A stretch of DNA of 63,474 nucleotides, filler included, from Platydemus manokwari (lineage: Eukaryota), in assembly GCA_037951405.1 (NCBI GenBank). It is 6 parts of 6 records of this genome, joined end to end, with 100 filler letters (N's around TTAATTAATTAA, not from the genome) between each part and the next. Parts side by side here need not be neighbours in the genome. Positions count along the whole stretch, not along the records: positions 28,974 to 39,525 come from JBBMOY011124775.1; positions 39,626 to 53,701 come from JBBMOY011542521.1; 4 more parts are not named here. One strand, 5' to 3'. Every line of letters begins with the position of its first letter. The first letter of the stretch is position 1. This document shows, in pieces, positions 28,974-44,348 of this stretch. A program made the translations under genes and the position numbers. The notes under the pieces were generated by a model. That model was not told where the DNA came from. It saw only the letters and a program-made list of their open reading frames with translations, and did not search any database.

Positions 28974-30571
28974 ATTATTCAAATCATCAAATATTTTTTA
29001 TTTTTTGATTATTTATTTTCCTATTAATATTAAATAATTGTTTTTCATTTAGATATATTTATATATTTTTAAAACAAACAAAAAAAACTAATCTCTATTT
29101 AAGACAATGATTAATTGGTTCACCGTGATAAATCACGACTTATAACATAGATTCTCTGTTGCGATTGAGCCTATTATCACTTTTCTCTTGACAATGTCCG
29201 ATAATTGTGTGTATAAAATAATATAATCGAATGAAATCGATTTGTTAACACAGACTGTAAAATCTTTCAGAAAAAACTAGAAACGCTGTTATCCAACTGG
29301 TCAATGGTGTTTTTCAAGTACATAAAAGAAGAACAAACGAAGAAAAAATGTTAATAATTAATAATAAACCAGTGGAAAAACATAAAAAATATTTCAAAAG
29401 ATTTTATTAAAAACAAAAGCTCGAATACACCAATTCAGAATTCGATCATTGGAGGATTTATGTTAAAGATAATTTCATTCTCATTCACAATCACTTATCA
29501 TCACTTGTTGTAATTGTATTCTCATTCCATATGAGCTTAGCCCTCACACAGCCATTAAATCAAAACAGCAAAAAACCCATCAACAGAGAATCAATCACCA
29601 CTATGGTAGCCACATATTTTACATTTTGCTTTCAATGAAAATTACATGATTATAAAATATCTAATATATAAACATTATAAATCAATGTGACACATATTAG
29701 AGACCCTATTCAAGGACAAAATAAGACACGCTTTCTTTTACCATTCATTGTACTTCGTATTAAATAAATGTTTCAAATATCTATTTATTTATAATAAAAT
29801 ACCAAACAAATAATATTTCAATTTGTTGTTAATTATTGATTTTTAAATTTCTCAGGGTCAAAAAATCAAAACCAGACAATAAATTATACGTATAACTAAA
29901 ATTACTTCAAAATACTTTTGCTTATTAAAAATTTATAATATTAAAGCTAACATTAAATCTTAACTTATTTTCTAAAAAGATTACATGGAATCTTTCAAAA
30001 CGTTTTCAATAAAATCACAAATTTAATTATGAATATTATGTAATGTATAATATTCTCACAATATATTTCCTGGGACCAAATCTACGCTCGAAAATTCTGA
30101 AATAATACATCAAAAGTCCACCAAAAACCATATCTTTCGGTTCGAAAGCTATTTTGCTGGGTATCAAACGCCAGATCTAATATTAGATAACATTGATATC
30201 TTCAACCATTAAACTAACTTGTCCTTCATTAAAAATATCATTTAAATTATAAGTAAATATAGATTTCCTTTTGTAAAAAGGCATGCTAAAAACAAATGAA
30301 CAAGTCATAGTTATAGCCAAACAGCATTTTAATATAGTGGTTCGATCTGAATTCAAATCAAATAAAATTATGATTCATAAACTTGAAATTTACAAAAAAA
30401 TTACAAAATCCTGAGTAACTATGAGGAGCTATCATTATTGCGAAGGAAATTTTAATTATTCTATACTTAAATAAATTTTAAATTATTCATATTATTTAGA
30501 ATATTAAAACACGAAACAACAATTTTCATTGAAATTTTTTTAACAAGATTTCAACTTAAACCAATTGTAAA

Positions 30572-33500
30572 TTAGTTTTCATACAAAATATCATAGTGAC
30601 CAGGTCTATACAGCAAAGTGATATTTGAATCAGCAATAACATCATCTGTCAAATCTGAATTAATTTTGTTTGGAAAAAATTTCAAGCATTGTACATCTCC
30701 TGAGTTTTGGCAATTTTCAACATTAATATTGACCAACAAAGACTGACTAAGTGCAATTATATGAATATTGTCACTTTCAATATACATAGGTTCGACTTCC
30801 TAGCATTTAAATTTTGAATATTATGAAGAAAAATATTTTAAAGAAACCTTTTCGCAAAACTGTCTCATTGTCATACCTTCATCAATAAATGCCTGGTAAT
30901 ACGACGCATTCATTTGCAAGTAACTGGATACAATCAATCTAAAAATATAAATATATAATCTAGTATGGTAACGAAAATTATATTTTTGAATAGTTTCAAT
31001 TTTAAAGCAAATTACAACAGAGTAGAACTCGTATCCAAATTGTTCAAGAAATGCATTACCATCTTTTAGTACAAAATTGTAAAAAAACACACATTTGGGC
31101 AAATTATTTAGGGACTGTAAAGACGAGAGATATTCAATTTCAATCAATTCATACAAACGAACTCCACCTTATAATTGAACACTATCGGATTAATTTTCGT
31201 TGGTTAGAATAAATCCACCAAATGGGAAAGTACAAAAGTATCCAAAAGAGAAATATGATCACACTGGAATTAATTTCTGAATCCGAAAAGGAACTTTGAT
31301 TTTTAAAATCCCGATCAAACATATCAATTTATTTCCAGTAAATTATAATAGAGTGCAGTTACTATAGATCCTACAGCCATATAGTAAGTGATAATAAATG
31401 CGAGTGACATTAAAGTACATTGGAATCCATCAGATAGCGAATTATTAAAAGGTGAATTCGGGGAGACAATCGGATTTGATTAGCGTAGGGAACAATTAGT
31501 CTATTGGTGCATACCTGTTAAGATTTTTTAATGGTTCAATCAGAAATTCTCTAAATCCTCATGCTATAATAAATCAACATAATTTCTTTAATATATAAAC
31601 CAAATAAATTATTTTTATCAAGGTATGGGCAACCCCGTCGGAAGCTTACTAAAAGCTAAACTCCATTCTCAATCATAAAAGTGTGATTTCGAGATCAATG
31701 GCTTGATCTTCTATATAATTATAATTTCAATTCAAATAATTATAATAACTCGTGCAAAAATAATCAAAGCTGGATTACAAAATCTTTTAAATGTAACGCT
31801 AAAAGATTACCTCAGAAAAACAATATAATAATCCGAAAATCCTTGATTATTAAAAATTTCCTCCAATTTGCTCACATCGTTTGTAGCAACCAGACTTTCA
31901 ATCATTTCTAAAAACTACAAAACAATAGCCACACAACCCAATCAAATCCGTACTTGTTCGTAGAAATCTTGCACAGTGAATTCGGAATAGCCTTGTTCGA
32001 TTAAATAGTTTTTATAAAATTCACATCGTTCCTTCAAACTTGAAATATTATTACAAATGTAAACATTCTCAAATCAGTTAAAAATTGTTTTAACTCACCG
32101 ATCAAATGCACTTTCGCTGGATTTTTTCAATAACGATTCCAAAAAACTAAAACCAAACGAACGGAAAAAACAATTCCCATCTCCTCTCACTCGACGCATT
32201 CCTTTATATTTTCGAGTTAGTACCTGCAATATTTGCTTTTTAAAATACTTAATTGTTATACATGGTTTATTGATTAAACCAAATTAAACAAATAAAACGT
32301 TGAGAGAAATAATTCAAAGGGAGCGCGATAGTATATGATTTGGATTTCTGGATGTTTTAACTTTAATTATCTCCTTAACTATAATACTTTTCAAACTCTG
32401 TGAACAGTATGTGATCTATATAAAACAATTTGATCAAATAGTTTTACATGGGTCACATACCATCTGTCCATATAGTCTGAAAAATATTACAATTAAAAGA
32501 ATAAAATGAAAATATCTTCCCGAAAATATATTTCAGTTTTACCATGAAAAGTGAAAAGATATAAAATTCCAATATTAATAAATTATAAATCATTCAGAGT
32601 CTGTCAATTCAATAATTACGTCGACGAAAGCCAAATGAAAAAGATTGAGAATGATCGATCACAAATGAATTGATAATTACAATAAATTCTCTGAAATCCC
32701 AATGGGATATTGAAATATAAATACGATGGTTCTAATATTACATTATATAACTCAATGAATATAATATATTAATTTGAATATAAATAAGTATGCTGATTCG
32801 ATAAGAAATATCTCAGATTTTTCAAGTTGAATTGATTTATTTTTAAGAAATTCTAAAGTTCATTCTCAAAACCACTTTTGTCTTTAAGAGATAATTTTGA
32901 GAATTATTAAATTTCTAAAATGTACTTTTGATAGCAATTGATAATTTTTTATCCTTTTTGAAAATTAGCATAATTTTTATTCTCATTCAAGTGGTTCAGA
33001 TGGATTGAATATTGATATATAAGATCTTATATACATCAAATATAATTCTTAATAATTAACTAAATACGATCAAATATTTGATTGTTGGAATTGAATGTTT
33101 CCATTGAACATCACTATGTTATATCTTTTCTATACAATTTTCAAATAATACTGTCAAGGAAAAAAATATAAAAAAGGTGAATAATAAAACCTATATTCAA
33201 AGTTTTGAAACACGTCAAGTGTATTTAAACTAGCAAAAAATGAATTGGTTTTGAATACAGGAATTAGATAATTAAACATAGGAATTGAATGAAAATGTGA
33301 TATTAATTTGATAACAGAATTTCACATTATGAAATATATTCTTTATAAAATTATCTATTTGAATCATGAAACTGTTGAAGGATTCTCAAACAATATATAA
33401 AGGGAATATTGCAATGATACTTTTGAACCCAGAGTTAATTAAAGGAGACCTAATGAAATTTGATTAATCGCTATCGATGTAGATCTTTTCTGTTACTCTT

Positions 33501-36334
33501 CATTTATATTTCCGAAATAAACCATGATTATGTTTATAAATTTGATCTTGATTACTTTATTAGCTTCTTAAAATGGTTAGAATTGAAATTAAAAATAAAT
33601 CTTTGTGAAAATACACTATACAAATTAAGAATATCAGCAAACAGAAATTCAACTGACGTCGACAACAGCTAACCAATACTTGAAGTGTTAATAGCTGATT
33701 CATTAATAAAACATACGTAATTCAGAAATTCTTAGATTTCTATTTAACTTGTGGAAATTTGTAGAGTGGAAATCCAGTTAATAAATCTGACAATTTATTT
33801 TTTTAGAAAATACGCTTATTATTTCTAAGACAGAGCCATCAATAACTAATGAAACTATTTTTTACTTAGGTGAATTGAAAAGGCGAGACTGTCTGGTGTT
33901 TATCAAAACCAAAGATTTTTTTTACAAAATATAAAATGTCATAACGTTTTCAACGGGTTGGCTTATTTCTTATCTTATTCATTAATTCAAAATCATACGA
34001 AAATAATCATCGAAAAATCTAACAAAATGCTAAAAACGTTGATAAAATTATCTGTAAACTTATTATCCAAATATAATCGGACATATTCAAAGATTGAATC
34101 ATGGGATCTAAATTTTTCTCAAAAATTTTACCTCATCACCATGCTAATAATTCTTATAGCATTGACATTCTCTTTTAGAAATCTAGCTTGGAAAAAGCAA
34201 ATATTTATTATTAATATGTAAATTTGACTGATTTTTATGAAACTAAAATTGAAATAAATTAAGTATTATTTATTTATCAAAATGAATAGCAAGTCTCAAG
34301 ATGGTTATCATGACTTTTGCAGGGAACATATTGTTGACATATTAGCGAATATAATTATTTCTTATAATTATGATGATGATTATAATTATCCTTCATGATA
34401 AGAGAGTGAAATGAACTGGAATTTCAGCAATTGAAAATCAAGAATATACTCAACCATTCAGATTGCTTTCATTGACAATATATATTTCATATATTAGAAT
34501 CGTCAAATTCAAAGCTTAACATTTAAAAACGTGATTTTATGAATAAATTCCAGGAAAAACGGAATGAAATGACAAATCCTTTGTAATATCATAGGATTAA
34601 AATCTTTAACAAAAATTACATTTAAATCAGAAAAATCTCCAAAAATAACAAAGAAATATGCCGAAATTTTTAAAATCATTTTCAGCATGTTATTTTCAAT
34701 ACTCAAGCCACTCATTGTCTTGCAGACATTTATTTTATAATGGTAATTTTAAAATAACGATAAAGAAAACGATGTTATGTGATTATATTAAAGTCAACTG
34801 GAAATTAACGAGCTGAACTATTTCGCATATAAATGATAATCAACAGATATACCCATTATCTCATGTGCTATTCAATTATTAATAATGAAGATATATTTTG
34901 TAAATTTATTCAAAATCAACTCAAAATATGTATGAATTGTACCGATATATTTCTGGTAATTCATGACAACTGTCTGAAAATTTTGGATTTACAAATATCC
35001 CAAAATCACAAATCAATACCATATCTCTATTTTAATAATAATAATCATGACAAATTTAATCAAATCATTTCATCGTATTACAATTATAAATAAAGTACTA
35101 CATGTGGGAAGAACATCATAATATGATTTTGAAAAGAATTTATCACAAGAAATATATTTTCTTCTTTGAATAGAAATGTGTTTGAATGGCCGAGAAACAG
35201 CTGAAAAATTAGATTATTGATTCTTGTGTTGACAATTTGTCAGTGGAAACTTTTTCAAAACCCAAGAAAATAAATGATATTTGAGAACAGAATGATATTT
35301 ATGATAACAAAAGGAAGATAATATTATTATACTGTTCTATAAAATTGATAAAGAACATTTTAAATAAAGATTAAATACAACGTTTATTTTGATTTCTAAG
35401 TCTATCCAAGATTATCATAATGATATTTAAGTCAGGATATTTTAATTCAACTTGCATGGTAACTAAGATGGTTAGACTTGGTCTTCTTTCATAAATAGCC
35501 ATTGATGGGTCTTATTTCTATTTTTCAAATATCTTAATTATTTTTAATGGATGTACACATATGCAACAAGAAAGAAATATCTCCTAGGTCAATTCGAATC
35601 AGACATTAAACGAATTTTGAGATTTATAGGTTTGAGATTGAAATGATTAACCCTAAATCCAACAAGCAATTAACAGATGAATAAAATTTTACTCGTTTAT
35701 TTCAGTGCTCTTTAATTTTATCTCAGACAAATTAATAAATAAACCAATATATAAAAATTCTTAATTTTAAGGTTTCTGGTGATCGAAGTGATCCAGAATC
35801 GAATCGAAAATCTTAAATAATATTCCTATTGATAGAATTCATTATATAAAATAATAATTTATAATTAAAATTCAATTTAAATTCAAATATCTTGAAACAA
35901 ATATAATTAGAATCATTAATGGTTATTTGTTTTGATTTTCCTTTTGATTTCTTACAATCAAGTAAAAGAATATTCATAATAATATTTTAATAACATTTGT
36001 AATTAATTTTAATATTATATATTATCAATATTATCTATGAAAATTATGTCGAGAAAATTGCATGAGGAATTAATTAAATACTTTTAATTTTTCCAAATAA
36101 GAATCATGGCCACCAAAATCTTTCTCTAATGATGACAGAGGCAGGAGGTTAGATATAAGAGCTTGGGTTTCTTTAATCTACAATAATTTTCATAATATGT
36201 TGGAAAATAGAATTAAAATTACTTCATTTTGAATTCGTTCTTGTTGAGCTTGAGTTGCTTCGTACGCTTCTTGAGCTGAAATATTCATAAAAGATATCAA
36301 AATAAAAAATTCAGAAAAAAAATTTACATGTCAT
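30572..36334 (-). CDS. OTUB1: Otubain-family OTU deubiquitinase (OTUB1-like), 8 exons (36334-36328, 36275-36223, 36177-36082, 32223-32099, 32038-31954, 31914-31811, 30938-30848, 30799-30572), about 262 aa
   Basis: Translation MTSQEAYEATQAQQERIQNEIKETQALIS...MRRVRGDGNCFFRSFGFSFLESLL...FCEKEVEPMYIESDNIHIIALS...LLYRPGHYDILY. It has the Cys box (DGNC) and His box (GHYD). Phases are consistent and exons total 789 nt. The 7-nt first exon is the least certain part. Confidence 0.93.
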
Positions 36335-39300
36335 TATCAAAACCAAGAAATTGAGTGGAATTTATTTAATATAAAACAATAATATTCAAACAAATAGTTT
36401 TTACTGACATCGGTGATTTCGTATTTTTATCAACAATTTAAATTTCAAAAATGAAGTTCAAGATTTTTGCATCAGTATTTCAATTCTGTATTTGAATGCA
36501 AATTCCTTTTTAAGAAAAGATAGACGTTACTATGAGAAAATTTACAAATAATCTTCAAAAACATTATTAAATAACATTAATCTTAAAATTTTGCAATTTG
36601 AAAATCTATTACAAATGGTAGAAATAAGAAAAAGAAAAAATTATTTTCAATGTGTCATTGTTTATTCAGATTTATTCAAAATTAAAATTCTTTGAAAATT
36701 TTATTTAAGCATACAGTGAATCATTTGGTTGGATTAGAGGTATTAACATCATTTTGTTGTAATTTTATTAAATATCCAGAGAGCGATAAAACCTTCAGAA
36801 ACCTTGATTTTATAAAACAATATCTTATTGAGCAGAATAAGGAGTGAAGTTAATTATTTAATTTCCAATGATAAAATTGTAAATTACTTAGCAAGAATGA
36901 CTTAATAATAGAATTTGTTTAAAGAATTCGGTATGTATACGTAGAGAATAAAGCCGTCAATATCCTTAGAAATCCCGGAGTCTATTAATCTAAAATAATC
37001 ATAAATTTTTAAACAGCATAATTAAGTTAGTAGATTGAAGATTAATAACCCCACATAACAAATGATGTACAAATCATGTCTAACTAACACAAGATCAAGC
37101 AGTAATGTAATTATTAATAAAGTTTAATACACATTCTAATAGCTAAACCAGAAGATACAATTATAAATTTTGAAAATGAGACATTTTCAATGGTTGTTTA
37201 TTCATTGTTATTATTATCAACATTTTTGTATCAATCTCAGACTTATTAATTAATTATATTAATCCCCCAAAGTCCATGAAAATTTACTGAGACCATGAAA
37301 TCAAAGCTCCATTTGAGCTATAATCACAAACGATAAGTATAAAAAATTCTAAAATAAAATAAAAACAAAATTAAAAAATTTCAACAAAAAATATTCATAA
37401 AATCTTTTAAATGGTAAACACAGAATAATTACAAGACAAATAAATCAACATACCCACATGGAATAAATTTGAACAGTATATAAACTGTTAAAGATTGTCG
37501 GGTTGTCGATATAGTAATAATAAGTTCAAATTACAAATGTACAAATGTAATAATACACCAGATTTTATCAGAAGGATTTAAATAGAATTAATAATAGTTG
37601 CCCTAGGTCTTCAACTTATCTGAATTCCAAACAGATAAGAGGTTGTTGTTGCTAGAACACTCGGGTGATTATAATGAAAATAGTATTTAAAATATAAATG
37701 ATAAATAAATAAAATAGAATGAACAATACAAAACAAAACAAAAAAAAATATATTGATCTACAACTGATAATTGAATTACAATAAATTTAAATAACTCAAG
37801 ACGGTATTCGTTATTGTGAAAGGAAAGAGATGTGTAGTCAAGTAAAAAGTATAGGGCGTATGGCTTAGGTGCTCGGGTAAGCCTCTAGTGACAAAAAGTT
37901 GAAAGTGGGAAGCTTTTAATTAGGAACCTATATGATTTTAAAAGACCTCAAGACTAAGAATAGCCGTGGGTCGAAAAACAATTAAAAATTTACTCGTAGG
38001 TTGCATAATAGAAATTGGCATAAAAATATCTTCAATAAAATCTTCGGTTAGAAATTGGTATACAATAAATAACTGTAGAAATTAGCATATAATAGCTGCG
38101 GAAATGAGCTGGTAATGTTCGTCCAAGTTTAAAATAAATACCTTCTTGAGAAAATTAGTCAATATGTGAATAGTCGAAATTGTGCAACAACTGTGGGTTG
38201 ATCGCTGCTTATATATTTGCCTGACTGCTTTGTTTGCAACGTCAGCTATTTTCTCTACATCTGTTACTATCATTAGCAACACTTACACGTCAGTGCCAAA
38301 AATAGTAACAACCCACAAATTTAGTCGATAAAGAACCTCAGTCGGGGTAGTTTATTTATAGAACTGAAGTAGTTGCTAAAAATAGATTTGCTGATCGTTT
38401 TTCAAATGACCTTGAGGTCGAAACTATAATTTAGCTATTTGGAGCAGTCAAACAAATATAATTTTTTATTTATTAAAACATATTTTTCTTTAAATAATTT
38501 TAATGATATATTTATAATTTTTGCCCTTATTGTTTTCTTAAATTGGGACTTAATTTGAAAAAAAAAGTTCATATCTATTTATAATTATTTTTGGTTAATT
38601 TGGATGAGTCAAAATGGCCTAGTTAGTTCCCCACAAAACGGGTGACACCAGTCAATTTGCGTACGAAACATTCGTGTGCAAAAGGTTTCATACAAAACTG
38701 TATTCACAATATTTCACTCAATTGTATTCCGATAAATCGGCACATTATTATTTAGATATTTATTCGAACAAATTTTATTTTTATTATTTCCTTAACCCTT
38801 TTACAAAGTGAATTTCGATTTTTATTTCAATTATTATAAATATATTCCACGGTAACTAAATTTTTTATTGCTGTTATTATTAACTACAGACCAACGATTA
38901 TTTAAAGCCTTGTAGTTTTTTAGAATCTCAAAGGAAGCTTATATTTGATTTTTCATTTTAATTTTTTTACAGAAGCTTGTTTGAGCTCTTAGGCAGCATG
39001 CTCTAAATTTTGAATTGAAGTTATTGTGCTTATACAATAGAATTATATATCATCTGCTTGCGTTATGAAATTATCTCAATTAATGAAATCTATTTTATTG
39101 TTTTGTGTTGTTTTATTTTATAATTCGTGTTTGTATTTGAAATATTGTTTGATTACATTATCTGTGGATTACTTTGCATCAATGACTTTCACCTGTTGGG
39201 ATTCCAGATAAGTTAAACATTCAAAAAACCTCCTGACACAAATTTTAACATCTTTAATACTATTAACTATTATGAGAATACAGATCCAGTATTATACAGA

Positions 39301-39525
39301 CGATCAAGTATTATTAAGAACATATCACAAACACTAATCATAGTACAGTGTTGTTTTTGAGTCTATTTTTATATTATCTTTATCAGTCTCTTGAACAATT
39401 ATTTTTGATATTACTATGCATTCCTTATCAGTGTTGCAGAGTGAACATGGGATCAACAACTGGATCAACTGGATCATCTTCCATATCTTCCCTATATCAG
39501 AAGATCAAATCACCTCAATCAACCT

Positions 39526-39625
39526 NNNNNNNNNNNNNNNNNNNNNNNNNNNNNNNNNNNNNNNNNNNNTTAATTAATTAANNNNNNNNNNNNNNNNNNN
39601 NNNNNNNNNNNNNNNNNNNNNNNNN
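39526..39625. other. Artificial contig spacer
   Basis: Identical 100-nt spacer. Confidence 0.97.
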
Positions 39626-42600
39626 ATGCTTAAGTAAAAAGTATACTATTCATCTCTAAAGACAAAGACCTGTGCTTTGTCTAAAACCTATGATATACAA
39701 TTGTGAATGATATTCTATGGAGATATATTATTATAGGAAGAGATATTTAAAAAGATTTTAAAGCACAGTTTTTTTTATTATCCATATTACAATAGTGTTT
39801 TATAACACTATTAATGCTTAGATATATAATAACTACGTTATGACAATAATAATTTTCTTACGTTTGACGCACGAAGCCAAACACCAAATTTTATATTTCG
39901 TTATTTTAATTTCAAAAGGTTTGACACTGTTACCAAAAGTTAGAACAATTTAATTATTTATATTAATTTCAAACCCATGATTTAATAATATTAAATCAAA
40001 TGAAAACTAGAAGTAATCATTTGATATCAGCCAAATAAAATTTAGATTTGTAAAATATATTTCCTTTAAAATGAGTAACTTATTAGCTACAGTGCATCAA
40101 TAAAGCCAGAATAGATGATTATATCATGAACACTGCAAGTCTGAGGACGGACCAATCAAAAATGGTATGCATACAAGAACAATACCATTTTCAAAATTTC
40201 TGTCATTCCATTAAATTGAGACTAAACCCCTACTGAATACCAGTATTATCTGAATTATTAATTATCATTTTGTTTATACTTTTTTCAAAATAAAATTTTA
40301 CCTTGTAACATGAATGTCAATCCTAAGAAGGTAGATTAAGCATTACTTTTAGGAGGTGAAATGTCACGCAAACTAATTTTTATATGCATGACAAGTTAAC
40401 ACTGTTTAATTTCTGGGAATCCGTATAGACATTGCGAGAAAATAATCCCATTGATTTAAATTTATATGAATATCGGAGACAAACTATTCTTGTGGTTTTA
40501 GGTCATCTATTAATTTATGGTAATTTAGAATTCACTTTTTAGGATTATAAATTATTTCTCCAGTCTGCCTTCAACAAATTGGTCTGGAATGAATTTTTCA
40601 ATCGCTTTTCCAATTGATCTCTAATTTTCAAAATGTATTACTATGAGAACATTTTAATTGGTATCAGATTAATATCAGAACTAATCAATTTTATTGATTC
40701 TTTCTTACAACAGATGTCGAAGATTGATGAAAAAAAAATACAAACCGAACACTTGGTTAGCTTTAAAAGAAGTTTATTTATTTATAATATCTGCTACAAT
40801 CAAGTCCAAATATATGAACAATTGCCCGTAAAATATTAATAATATATTTCCTTTTTTCAACTCACTTTACGCCTGAGCTGCTACCTATACAACTGTATTG
40901 AATGTAACAGAATTTTTAGATGATAAAAATAATTTTTCTACAACGAATTACTCATTTGTTTCTCTTTGTTCTGATTGTTATGAATTTATTTCATGAAAAA
41001 AATTATTTTGAAACCGTAATCATTTTAATTTTACGATTATATTTATAAATGAACGTCATATTTGTAACTATTTTGGTATCTTTTTAAAATATAATATTTT
41101 AAGCAATTATATTTTCTCAAAATTCCGACCCAATAAGAACAGATGACATACCAGAACCGTGAAAAATTCAAATTTGATCTGACCAGAATTGAAATAATTA
41201 AACAAAGTGGATTTTTGATAACAATTATCATGGGAATTAATTAATTATCAAATGAAACATCTGTTAAGTTTTGAGATCGCTGAATTTTTTTATTATTGTA
41301 ATACTGATCCTTACTATTTACGATTTCTATAAGCTTGCTGAGTTCTTTTTTCACCCTCGGATAATGTATTAGCTTTAAATAATTAATCTTCTTTCGCCTC
41401 GACGTTTGACGATTTATATTTATATAAGAGGAACTGTGTAGATAATGAATTATTGTTTATTTTTAATATGTCTATCTCTCCTAACTCCTCACTTGTTTCG
41501 TATTGTTTTTATCAGCCTATTATGGATTCAACATTGACTATTTTCAAAATAGGTTATAAATGACAATTATATTGATGATTTTTACTAAGTGAATATCATG
41601 AATCCTACAGGCACTCGCCAAATAAATAATTGAACACAATTATTAAATGAAATGTTTATTAACAATAAATTAAACTGATTTAAAATAATACTTTTATACA
41701 CTTCAACGCTGGATTAAAGTTATAACAATTCAATGAATGTTTATTAAATATCTTTCTCCAAATTGAGTGTAGCTTTACAAATAGAGAAGAATATGATATA
41801 AAAATTATATCTATGATTTGCTAAGACAGTATCTTATTGTTGGATCTTCCAGTAGAATGCTCGGTATATATAAATTCTGATCACCAAAACAGAATGAACT
41901 TACTCAACTGTCAGTTATGTCCAGATATTTCATCACTAACAATAGTGAATGTAATAACTGTGGCTGCTGCTTTATATAGGAATCAATGAGTCACTCGTAG
42001 AAATTCTCTTCTATTATTATTTAATGACATACATGTATATTTTATATCCATGGATTTATTGAGGCAGAGAAATATTATCTGCAATTAATTTATTATATCG
42101 GAAAATATTATCTGTTATTAACTTTGTTACGTGCGCTAATTTGTTCTGCACGATCATTTCATCAGCAGCTGTAATTTATTAAGGGCGATAACTGATAATT
42201 TGGTTAACAATATTGTTTTATTATATGGTAAATCCAATGGGTTTTGTTTATTATATAAATGCCAGGTTTTATTAATTATATAGGCTATTATTTTGAATTA
42301 AATTAAATTATATTTTATTTCAGTCAACCATAAAGCTTCCAGAATTAACATAAAAATATTCAATATTATTTTTCATGCAAAAATACCTTTTGTACATCTA
42401 ATAATATTCCATACATTGATGCATAGATCAATGCACGATTATTGTCAAATTATTATAGTTTAAAGTTAGTGATAGTCCCAAACCGCAACACATTAATGTT
42501 TAAAAATATTTCAAAAGATAAAGGTAAATAACTATTAAATACAAAGATATTTCAAAAATATTCAACAAGGTATTTTAACAGAATTTTATAGAGAATTATT

Positions 42601-44348
42601 AAGTAGTTCCAATAAGAAAGTATTTTTATATCTAAAAATAGTCTCGACATTGATTTTATAAGTTTATGTTGAATTATTCAATGACTAACATGCTTATAAA
42701 GCTATATTTTTATGACACTTTTACAAAGAATTTATCACACAGGGTACAACCAGAAATAACTGTACTCAAAGTCCTGATCTTCTCTTGAAAATGGTAGCAC
42801 GACGACTACCTCTTGCTAATATCACAAATACTGATACGGTCTAAATACAATACCAGTTAGTGATTTACTAACTCTACCAAAAATATACTTTTGCAGACAC
42901 TTTATAGCTTATACAAGTAAACATATTTCCAAAGCTGATTATTCCAAGTAAAAATGCATTTCTTACGTTAGTTACTTCGTCTGATTGAATGGCTATTTCC
43001 ACTTTTTAAATATTAAATTTTCAACGCACCTATCTTCACTGAGATTCTTCTATTTCTTGTTAGATTTCATAAACACTCTCATCTTTGCCAAGTATACTTT
43101 GAATCATTTTAAAATGTTACCATTAAGATTTATTTTGCAGTTTTTTCTTCTAAGTGGGTAATAAATTCAAAACCGTTGTTGAATTTACTAAGTTTTATAT
43201 GGGAAATAGCCGATAAAATTAAAGCTGATAGCAAAGATTCCAATATAATAATTTTATCAGCAGACGAAATTGGACAATTCCAGAACAAAAGTACCCCTGA
43301 TTTTAATTTTACATCCTTTGGTAGAAAATTAAATATCAACTTTGCAGTTTGGTGAAAAGATTTATGATAATAATAAGAATCAACATCATTAGTCTCATTA
43401 AAATATAAAACCAAATCAAAAGACTCGTTGAAAGTAATTTAATTTATATGGAGTGTAACCAAGATGGAATTGAATGAAAAATTTATTATTTCCTCAATAT
43501 TAAAATTTCGGAACATTTGTCTAACCTAGAAATAATTATCTTAGATTTGCATTCGTGCGTTCTTTATTTCATCACTTTTTCAAGCACCTACATATGCAAG
43601 CAGCTATTTTCAATAATGTAAATTGACTATTAGAAAAATTAATTTGACATCTCAAAAAAATGAATAACGTAATTTTGATAGAATCAGATATAATTGAAAT
43701 TTCTTCAACTGTTGGATGAATCTTTAAAATATCTGAAAATAAGGATGTTGTTGAATAACAAAAAATATTGAATAGTAAAAATAGAACACCAGTTATTGTT
43801 ATAAACTGCACGCTATGCAAACGATCAGTTAACTAGAAAAATAAAATAAATCAAAGTTGAATATCAATATAAAAGATGTTCAGTACACGTAAGAATAAAT
43901 TTATAAACTAAATATATTGTGAAAATCAGTCAAGATGAAGTCCACTTATTACCCTAAAATCTGTGCGAAGTTGATGTGAAATTTTTGACTTTAACTGATC
44001 CAAGTCAAGATTTTTTGATCAGTAGTGTCCTTATTTGTCTTTCTCATTTGCCTATTATGGTCCATGTTTTTTCAATTGTTTACGTACCACAATTACTAAT
44101 TTCAATATTTCTGACTGCCTGCAGTTTGCTTTGTGAACCATTTAAAAAGTCAAAAGATTTTAAAAAATGGTCGTCAAATGATTTTACTAAGGTTATTTCA
44201 CTTAAGTTCTATATACACTAAGCCAAAATAATAAATTGATTAAAAACAAAAAATAAATTTTACAATTATATTTTATAAAGCAAGAAAACTATAATTAACA
44301 CTAAAACAATAAATATACAATAATCATTCAACATAAATTATTGATTAT

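Noticed and set aside
33460-35093. ORFs inside otubain intron 3 as nested genes
   Set aside because: I/L/F/N/K-rich translations typical of random AT-rich DNA, with no motifs or consistent splice model.
38402-38435. Hammerhead-ribozyme-like GACC-TTGA-GGTC-GAAAC
   Set aside because: Stem II and GAAA are present, but the CUGANGA core and stem III are broken. At most a dead relic.
39430-39525. Possible LTR start with short GGATCAAC repeats
   Set aside because: Truncated by the spacer, with no partner LTR or primer-binding site to confirm it.
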